Assembly (NCBI GenBank): GCA_041746955.1 | Contig: JBGTFZ010000112.1 | Span: 6,092-70,091 of the forward strand | Origin: Bryobacteraceae bacterium | GTDB lineage: Bacteria; Acidobacteriota; Terriglobia; Bryobacterales; Bryobacteraceae | DNA length: 64,000 nt | Direction of reading: 5' to 3' | In this document: positions 57,743 through 64,000 of the stretch, one piece after another | How positions within the stretch are numbered: the first letter of the stretch is position 1 | Layout: every line of letters starts with the position of its first letter | The notes under the pieces: generated by a model | What the model was told of the DNA's origin: nothing | What the model saw: only the letters and a program-made list of their open reading frames with translations | Databases searched by the model: none | Program-made: the position numbers and the translations under genes

Positions 57743-58230
57743 CAATCGAACGGCTTCCAGTAATAGCCGGTTCCGCCGCCCCGGCGGCCAGACAGCCATT
57801 CCCGCGAATTGAATGTGGCCCGCAGGACGTCGTCCTTCAAGCGCCGCGGGAAAATCAGCGCCGAATCAGCCGGTGTGTCGTAGGTCCAGGCTTGCTCGAA
57901 CTGCTTCAGCAGTTGCGTGCGGCGCGAAGTATTTGCCCATGCGGCCATACCCGCGCGGTAAAGACGCTGGTCCGCTTTTGAAGACTTAGACAGAAGAAAG
58001 TCGAGAAACTGCGGGACGCCCGCCTCAATCGCTCCAGGGCGGCCGCCCAGCGCGGGCAGGATCAATTTGCACAGATCGTAGAGAGCCTCCATTTCGCTGG
58101 CGTTGAAGAACGACAGAGCGGGCGATGCTACGGCCTCCGCGCCTGTCGAAACAACCTCCTGCGCCGCCGCGGGTGCGGCAGCCAGAGCCTGAATTGCGCG
58201 CCGGCGTTTCACAAAACACGAAACTATCAC
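57742..58230 (-). CDS. Gluconate 2-dehydrogenase subunit 3 family protein (Tat signal, small subunit)
   Basis: 162 aa. The twin-arginine N-terminus is KRRRAIQALAAAPAAA. It is positioned directly upstream of, and coupled to, the GMC subunit. Confidence 0.7.
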   Translation of the reverse strand: MIVSCFVKRRRAIQALAAAPAAAQEVVSTGAEAVASPALSFFNASEMEALYDLCKLILPALGGRPGAIEAGVPQFLDFLLSKSSKADQRLYRAGMAAWANTSRRTQLLKQFEQAWTYDTPADSALIFPRRLKDDVLRATFNSREWLSGRRGGGTGYYWKPFD

Positions 58231-58271
58231 GGCCCGGCTTGGCGGGCACTGGGCACGTTCCCTAGACTAGA

Positions 58272-59546
58272 GTGATGGCCGACTTCTTTCAGCCCGGAAT
58301 CATCTCCACCCTTCACCGGCTAACGCCTGGAGGTCTTGAGCGCCTGGAGGGCGACCTCCGTGGATTCAACCGCGCCAATCCCATCGGCCTGGTGCTGCCG
58401 GCGCTTTACCGGGAATTTGAGTCTTCTTCGATGGCGCAGATAGTAGAGCAGCTTCGTCCGGTCAACTATCTCTCGCGTATCGTCTGCGTGATCGGCGATG
58501 CCAGCCGCGAACAGTACGAACACGCCCGAACCTTCTTCGAAGGATTTCAGGTGCCGGTGACGCCGCTTTGGCTGGAAGATCCGCGCATGCTGGAGCTGCT
58601 TGCGCTTCTGAAGAAGAACGACGTAGATCCCGGCGGTCCCGGCAAAGGCCGGGCTTGCTGGTTTGCCTTCGGCTCGCTATTTACCGACGAGAAGATCGAC
58701 GTGGTCGCGCTGCACGATTGCGACATTCAAAATTACACGCGCGAAATTCTCGCTCGGCTAGTCTGGCCCGTCGCCCATCCCAACCTTGGATTCGAATTCA
58801 ACAAGGGCTTCTACGCCCGCGTATCGGACACTCTTCACGGGCGCGTGACCCGCCTTTTCTTCACGCCGCTGGTGCGGGCTATTCAGGGCATGACACCGGA
58901 GATTCCGTACCTTCGCTTCCTCGACAGCTTCCGGTACGCGCTGGCGGGTGAGTTCGCAATGCAAGCCGACTTGGCGCGCACGATTCGCATTCCCAGCCAC
59001 TGGGGCCTGGAAGTGGGAGTGCTCAGCGAGGTGTTTCGAAACGTCAGCCCCCTGCGCGTTTGCCAAGTCGATATCGCCGACAACTATGAGCACAAGCATC
59101 AGGATCTTTCGGCCGGCGATCCGGAAAAGGGCTTGCGCCGAATGGCGCGCGATATCGCCACCAGCCTGTTCCGTTCGATCGCCCAGGAAGGCTTTGTGCT
59201 GACGGCCGACCAGTTCAACGGCCTGCTGGTTTACTACATTCGCTTCGCGCAGGACACGATCCGCCGGTATCATGCCGACGCCGTGCTGAACGGCCTGCGG
59301 TTCGACCGGCATGCCGAAGACATGGCTGTGGGCGTCTTCGCCACGGCGCTTCGCGAGGCCGCAAAGTCTTACATGGAAGATCCCCTTGGCGCGCCGCAGA
59401 TTCCAAACTGGAATCGCGTTGCCTCGGCAGTTCCCGACGTGTATGAACGGCTGCTTGCCATCACCGAAGATGTCCAGATGCTTCCCGCCGGCGCAGGAAC
59501 GAAAGCACCGCCTCATTCCAGCCGCGCGGTCCAGGCCACTCAGTAA
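58272..59546 (+). CDS. Glucosyl-3-phosphoglycerate synthase-like glycosyltransferase
   Basis: 424 aa. FQPGIISTLHRL, VALHDCDIQNYTREILARL and FLDSFRYALAGEF match GpgS-type enzymes as I remember them. So do GLEVGVLSEVFRN and CQVDIADNYEHKHQDLS. Confidence 0.65.
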   Translation: MMADFFQPGIISTLHRLTPGGLERLEGDLRGFNRANPIGLVLPALYREFESSSMAQIVEQLRPVNYLSRIVCVIGDASREQYEHARTFFEGFQVPVTPLWLEDPRMLELLALLKKNDVDPGGPGKGRACWFAFGSLFTDEKIDVVALHDCDIQNYTREILARLVWPVAHPNLGFEFNKGFYARVSDTLHGRVTRLFFTPLVRAIQGMTPEIPYLRFLDSFRYALAGEFAMQADLARTIRIPSHWGLEVGVLSEVFRNVSPLRVCQVDIADNYEHKHQDLSAGDPEKGLRRMARDIATSLFRSIAQEGFVLTADQFNGLLVYYIRFAQDTIRRYHADAVLNGLRFDRHAEDMAVGVFATALREAAKSYMEDPLGAPQIPNWNRVASAVPDVYERLLAITEDVQMLPAGAGTKAPPHSSRAVQATQ

Positions 59547-60207
59547 CCGCCGCCTGCGGAAGGGCGGCAGACATCTCATCAGAACGGGGCGAGCGGACGA
59601 TCACCGCTTCCCCAACCTCGCGTAGGAAACTGATATCGTTCGGCGCGTCGCCCAACCCCAGACTTGCAGCGGTGGGATTTTGGTCCAGGATTCGCCGTAC
59701 CGCCTCACCCTTGCCGCCGGACTCAAACACATGGTGAAATCGTCCTCCTCTCGTCCAGTTCAGGCCGCGGCGCTCCAGTTCCCGCAGAAGATACTGAGTG
59801 CGCGATTCAGCGAGAATCTGAAACGGCTCGGAGTTTTCGCGACGGGCCGCGCTCTGGGCCGCCGGCACCGGAAGGCCGGCCTGCGTGGAGATCTCTTGCG
59901 GCGTCATCTCGTGAAAGCCCCGCACCGCAACACCCGTCGCAGCGCTGGCTTCGCGGAGCTGCTGGCAAATCCATTCGTAGCTGCGGGAGCGGGAGCCGTT
60001 CTCGGTGATGTTCTCGCCGCGCAGATCGAGTTGAGTCCGCAACTCCTCCACTTCGATGCGCGTCTTACTCGTCACGATGACCAAGGGAATCCCGCAGGCG
60101 CGCAACTCGTCCAACGCCGGCCGCGCAGCCTCCCAGGAATAGCTATCGTGGTCCAGTAGCGTCCCGTCTAAATCCGTGAACACCACACCCGAAGAGAAGA
60201 AACCCAT
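59461..60207 (-). CDS. HAD-IIB phosphatase (mannosyl/glucosyl-3-phosphoglycerate phosphatase family)
   Basis: VVFTDLDGTLLDH, VIVTSKT and GDAPND are HAD motifs. The start is taken at MGFFSSG (60207). The 3' end overlaps the synthase gene convergently by 86 nt. Confidence 0.7.
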   Translation of the reverse strand: MGFFSSGVVFTDLDGTLLDHDSYSWEAARPALDELRACGIPLVIVTSKTRIEVEELRTQLDLRGENITENGSRSRSYEWICQQLREASAATGVAVRGFHEMTPQEISTQAGLPVPAAQSAARRENSEPFQILAESRTQYLLRELERRGLNWTRGGRFHHVFESGGKGEAVRRILDQNPTAASLGLGDAPNDISFLREVGEAVIVRSPRSDEMSAALPQAAVTEWPGPRGWNEAVLSFLRRREASGHLR

Positions 60208-60268
60208 CCCTCGATTGAACTTGAACCGGGTGCTTGGTATCAACCGCGCCGACCGGTTGCAGATCTAC

Positions 60269-61588
60269 ATGAGCGTCTTCAAAGGCGCCGATTTGCGGGA
60301 TCTGAACTATTGGATGGAGCTTCTGCTTGGCGCGGGCATCGCCACGCTGGGACTGATTCTGGACAGTCCGGCGGTGATCATTGGCGCCATGTTGATCTCG
60401 CCGCTAATGGCGCCGATTGTCGCGGCGGGTTTGGCGTTGGCGGCGGGCGACATTTATCTGGCCGTGCGGTCGGCGGCGAATCTCACTCTCAGCATCATCG
60501 GCTCGGTTGGATTTTCGGCTCTCCTGGTTTGGCTGCTGCCCTTCCACTCGCCCACCCAGGAGATTCTTGCGCGCACGCATCCTAGCCTGCTGGATCTTGG
60601 CGTCGCGGTGTTCTCCGGCCTTGCGGGCACGCTGCTGCTATTGCGTGGCGGCGGCGGCGGAGGCGTCACGGCGCTTCCGGGCGTTGCGATCGCGGTAGCA
60701 CTACTGCCGCCTTTGTGTACTGTCGGTTTCGGCGTCGGCAGCGGCTTTCAGGCCGACGTCATGTCCGGAGCGTTCCTTCTTTTCCTTACCAACCTTGCGG
60801 CCATCATCGCCAGCGCGTTCTTCCTTTTTCTGGCTGCGCGGATGGACGCGAAGGGCGTTCGCGAGTCCATCGATTCCGCCATTCGCGAGGCTGGCGCGCA
60901 CGACAACCTGTTCCATCTGATGGAGCGTTTCGTTACTGCGGAGAAACTCAGCCACATCGGGCGGCTGCCGTACCGGATCGCATTAATCGTAATCTCATTT
61001 CTACTTCTTGGCCGGCCATTGGTAACCGGATTCCTGCAGGTGAAAGACGAGACGATGGCCCGCGGAACGCTGACGCGCCTGATCCCGAAACTAGTTCATC
61101 CAAGGGCGTTGGTGTCCTCCGATGAAAGTGTCACGAAGGAAGGTATTTTCGTCAACCTCGTGGTGACGGAAGACGTCGCGGCCGCACAGATCGGCGAAAC
61201 GGAGAAAGAGATCGCGCGGCTTACCGGGCTGAACACTTCCATTCAGGTCCGCCGCGTCGCCAACGCCGACGAACTGGTTCAACTGCGCGACCGGCTGATG
61301 CGGTCTCAGCCACAACTGCCACCGCCGGTTTTGATCCGCGATCTGGAGGAGATCCGAAACGACGTCCGCGGGCGGCTGGACAACGCACTAAAAAACATCT
61401 GGCCCGAAGACACGACGCCGCTGAAATCGAAGGAGCTGATCTTCCGCGACGGGCTGGTGCTGGTCCGCCTGACCTATGTCGCGCGCCAACCGCTGTCGGA
61501 GTCCGGGCAGTTGGTGCTGCGCAACCTTCTGCGCGTGCGCCTGGCCGATCCGAAGCTGGAAACCGAGTTCGTACGTGTTCGGCGCTGA
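60269..61588 (+). CDS. DUF389 domain membrane protein
   Basis: LDSPAVIIGAMLISPLMAPIVAAGLALAAGD is typical of DUF389. The start is taken at MSVFKGADL (60269) to avoid overlapping the divergent phosphatase gene. Confidence 0.7.
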   Translation: MSVFKGADLRDLNYWMELLLGAGIATLGLILDSPAVIIGAMLISPLMAPIVAAGLALAAGDIYLAVRSAANLTLSIIGSVGFSALLVWLLPFHSPTQEILARTHPSLLDLGVAVFSGLAGTLLLLRGGGGGGVTALPGVAIAVALLPPLCTVGFGVGSGFQADVMSGAFLLFLTNLAAIIASAFFLFLAARMDAKGVRESIDSAIREAGAHDNLFHLMERFVTAEKLSHIGRLPYRIALIVISFLLLGRPLVTGFLQVKDETMARGTLTRLIPKLVHPRALVSSDESVTKEGIFVNLVVTEDVAAAQIGETEKEIARLTGLNTSIQVRRVANADELVQLRDRLMRSQPQLPPPVLIRDLEEIRNDVRGRLDNALKNIWPEDTTPLKSKELIFRDGLVLVRLTYVARQPLSESGQLVLRNLLRVRLADPKLETEFVRVRR

Positions 61589-61622
61589 CTCTGCCGCGTC
61601 CGCGATAGAATGAAAGCTGGAA

Positions 61623-61976
61623 GGGGGCGCAACGGTTTCGACGGGATTGATTCGTCGTGGAGAGGCGTGCCGGGTTCCGAGCTCCCGTTAAACGATCGGA
61701 AAACCATAACTGCCAACACGCAGTTTGCATACGCTGCCTAATTAAATAGGCATGCCGCCTAACCGGGTCAGCCCGATGGCCTGGGGACGGCGTCTTAATT
61801 CGGGATAGGTGATGTTTCTTCGGTCCGTAGCCGCATCGCCAAAACTCAACCGGACTAGGTTGCGGCTTTCTCGCCGGTTCTTAGGTCGTGACCGAAACAA
61901 CCGAACCGCGCTACGCACGTAGGCTCTTCAGGACAGGCCTTCTCGGACGGGGGTTCAACTCCCCCCGCCTCCACCA
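61623..61976 (+). ncRNA. ssrA: tmRNA (SsrA)
   Basis: The 5' end is GGGGGCGCAACGGTTTCGACGGG. The 3' end has a T-arm GGGGGTTCAACTCCCCC followed by CGCCTCC-ACCA. The acceptor stem pairs GGGGGCG with CGCCTCC, including the G3:U wobble. The internal tag ORF GCC AAC ACG CAG TTT GCA TAC GCT GCC TAA (61712-61741) encodes ANTQFAYAA. Confidence 0.9.
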
Positions 61977-61985
61977 CTCACCCGG

Positions 61986-62417
61986 CTATTTGGCCGGGTA
62001 GCGGGTGGTCTGGCGGTTCGCCAGTTGCCACGCTCCGTGCTGCTTCACCCAAACGTGAGTGACGAACAGGGTAAGCTTTCCAGTTTTGGCATTGTCGATG
62101 GTGATCTTGTGGTTGGCCAACACTGTGTCGCCGTACTGGCGGTAGCGCGAATCGGCAAATTCGACGCCGTTGATTTTCGTCTCGCCCGACTTGAAGCCGT
62201 CGATGATCTGCATCTTCGTTTCCGGGCGCGTGTCGGAATGGGTGTAGACAATGTCGTCGGCCAGCATCTTCCCCAACGTGGCGGTGTCGCCCTTCACTAC
62301 AGCGTCGGCCCAGGACTTCTCAGCGGCTTTCACCGCTTCTTCCACACCAGCGCCCGGCGCGCCCGCGAATGCAGCTGACGTCAACAACACAGTTAATAGC
62401 GTCTTGTTCATGGCCAC
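61986..62417 (-). CDS. SnoaL-like / DUF4440 (NTF2 fold) protein, secreted
   Basis: 143 aa with a signal peptide. Has WADAVVKGD...DIVYTHS and VTHVWVKQHGAWQLANRQTT, typical of DUF4440-type proteins. Confidence 0.6.
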   Translation of the reverse strand: MAMNKTLLTVLLTSAAFAGAPGAGVEEAVKAAEKSWADAVVKGDTATLGKMLADDIVYTHSDTRPETKMQIIDGFKSGETKINGVEFADSRYRQYGDTVLANHKITIDNAKTGKLTLFVTHVWVKQHGAWQLANRQTTRYPAK

Positions 62418-62485
62418 CTATCATATCCATCCCAGCCACCGATGCGAAGGCGTGCCGGGGATGGACGCCGGCATAAACTAAAAAT

Positions 62486-63712
62486 ATGCTTCGTTACGCC
62501 GCGCTTGCCGCGTGTCTCGGATCTTTTGCCGCCTCCGCCCAGGACGCAATACGCTGGGTGGACAGCTACAAGGAAGCCCGGGAGCAGGCCAAGCGCACTG
62601 GCAAACCGATCTTCCTGGAGTTTCGCTGCGAGGCTTGAATCGCCGGCAGAGTTTTCGACGCACAGGTTGTGCTGTCGCCGCCCGATTCGCCCCGTGGAAA
62701 ACTAATGCAGCAATACGTGTGCGTGCGTATAGCGCGCATGGACGACGTCGATATTGGCCTGTTTGAATACGACCGCTACAACACGCTGTACTTCTTCATT
62801 CTGAATGCCGACGAGCAGATTTATCTTCGCTACGGCGGACGCGACACCTCGCAGGATACTTACCTTAGCCTCGACAGTCTGGAGCTTGCGCTGTCGAAAG
62901 GCCTCCAGCTACACCAGCAGTTCCAGAGGGGCAAACTGCCGAAGGCCGCGCGGCCACAGCCGAAGTTCGCGCGTGACATTCCTCTCCTGGTGGAGCGCAC
63001 CTACGCCCGCAACAGTTGCGTCGAATGCCACCTGATCGGCGATTTCAACTTGCAGCACAAGGAACTGGAAGGGACGTTGAACAAGCCGCAGGACATGTTC
63101 CGTCCCGCCGACATACGTGCCGCCGGAGTCTATCTTGACGTGCCGAAGGGCCTGCTAGTGAAAGAAGCGAAGGGTGCTGTCGCCGACGCCGGGCTGCTGC
63201 CCGGTGACCGCATCGCGAAGCTGAACGATACCGTGCTGTGGACCTTCGCCGACTTGCAGCATGCCTACGACAAGCTGCCGCGAAGCGAGACAGCGATGCG
63301 GTTGGCCGTGGTCCGGCAGGGCAAGATCGTCGACCTTGCCGTGGCGCTGCCGAAGTTGTGGTGGTTCTCCGACATTCGCTACAAGCAGTTGACCGTCGAT
63401 CCGCGCGTGTACTTTGAAACGCGTCCGCTGGCGGTTGAAGACAAGCGGAAGCTGGGGCTGGATCCCGAAGGGTTCGCCGCCGAGGTGAAGTATGTCAGCG
63501 CGATGGCCAAGGCGCTTCAGCTTCACGAGCTTCGAACGGGCGACATCATCATCGCCGTCGATGGAAAAAGCAAGGATGATTTGGCGGACACGCCGGAGCT
63601 TTTCATCCGGCTGCGAACTAAGGCGGGCGACTCCGCCCAACTGGATCTGATTCGCGACGGCCAGCCCGTCAAAATGGAATTGAAGACGTCAAGGATGAGC
63701 TTTCGAAAATGA
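62486..63712 (+). CDS. Secreted thioredoxin-fold / double-PDZ protein with in-frame TGA at the redox motif (candidate selenoprotein, or else a pseudogene)
   Basis: ATG 62486 gives MLRYAALAACLGSFAASAQDAIRWVDSYKEAREQAKRTGKPIFLEFRCEA, then TGA (62636-62638). The same frame continues IAGRVFDAQVV...QYVCVRIARMDD... to 63712. The thioredoxin fold spans the TGA. PDZ-like segments include GLLPGDRIAKLND and LRTGDIIIAVDG. Confidence 0.55.
62656..62677 (+). promoter_or_regulatory. Candidate bacterial SECIS hairpin
   Basis: CGACGCAC-AGGTT-GTGC(T)GTCG forms an 8-bp stem with one bulged U and an apical loop AGGUU. The loop begins 25 nt after the UGA. Confidence 0.4.
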
Positions 63713-64000
63713 ATCTTGCAATCGCGCTGATGCTGCTTGGCGGAGAGTGGAGCGCCCCGGCGGAAATCCGGAACGACGAGACGCTGTGCCTGACCTACCG
63801 TGCGCGCTTTACCGGATCGCACCTAGTGGTGGAGATCCAGCCGGAACCTGGATGGCATACGTTCTCCATGGACAACAAGCAGAGGCAGACGGCCGCGTTG
63901 CAGGGCAGGATGTCGTTGGGTTCCGAGAAGCCGACTACCGTCGTGGTGACCGAAGGGTTGACCATCGCCGGCCCATGGCGGCAGACAGCGCCCGAAGATT
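63709..64000 (+). CDS. DsbD N-terminal-domain-like protein, 5' partial (runs off window)
   Basis: ATG 63709 overlaps the upstream stop (ATGA). MNLAIALMLLGG...LVVEIQPEPGWHTFSMDN... has the GWH(T/I)Y/F pattern of DsbD-type N-terminal domains. It stays open to the window end. Confidence 0.5.
   Translation, partial: MNLAIALMLLGGEWSAPAEIRNDETLCLTYRARFTGSHLVVEIQPEPGWHTFSMDNKQRQTAALQGRMSLGSEKPTTVVVTEGLTIAGPWRQTAPED

Noticed and set aside
61221-61730. 169-aa minus-strand ORF spanning the end of the DUF389 gene and the 5' third of ssrA
   Set aside because: It overlaps a confidently identified tmRNA and has an Arg/Ala/Pro-rich translation.
61977-62485. Possible genomic island integrated at ssrA
   Set aside because: There is no integrase gene, no duplicated 3' ssrA fragment and no obvious compositional shift downstream within the window.

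Overview
High-GC bacterial chromosome segment. The gene content (many DUF1501/DUF1553 and PSCyt-type genes, PadR plus permease-prefix membrane protein) suggests Acidobacteriota, Solibacter/Bryobacter-like; that placement is inference only. Left to right, 1-6338 is the distal half of the spc ribosomal operon (rplX 3' end through rplO, secY, adk, map). An accessory patch follows at 6268-14949. It contains a PadR plus membrane-protein cassette bracketed by ~100-bp direct repeats that duplicate the 3' end of map. It also contains two nested IS1595-family transposons (outer 7735-14941, inner 8419-11393), each with terminal inverted repeats and a perfect 8-bp target-site duplication. The outer element splits a signal-peptide gene. 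It carries a tightly overlapping minus-strand operon: 273-aa unknown protein, PIN nuclease, beta-class N6A methyltransferase fused to an Mrr-like nuclease, and a small basic ORF. The inner element has inserted exactly between the methyltransferase and nuclease domains. It carries a second pair, a 270-aa unknown protein and a Doc/Fic toxin. The two ~270-aa proteins look collinear by eye and may be one undescribed partner family serving two toxin types; this is the best candidate for a novel system in the window. Next comes a flagellar operon (flgB, flgC, fliE, fliF, fliG, fliH, fliI, fliJ). After that are mostly housekeeping and redox genes: a DsbD-like reductase, plsX-rpmF-yceD, a DUF1501/PSCyt pair, icd, purEK, larC, metG, tatD, a polyprenyl synthase, carD, peptidases, a TPR histidine kinase, a PQQ dehydrogenase with cytochrome c, a GMC dehydrogenase complex with a penta-heme cytochrome, and glucosylglycerate synthesis genes. 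ssrA (tmRNA) lies at 61623-61976. At 62486-63712 a signal peptide, thioredoxin-fold domain and PDZ domains form one reading frame interrupted only by an in-frame TGA at the CxxC position (C-E-A-TGA), followed by a SECIS-like hairpin; this is a candidate selenoprotein. No CRISPR array, rRNA or tRNA gene was seen. Many long ORFs in the six-frame track are antisense or alternate-frame shadows typical of high-GC DNA and were not called.
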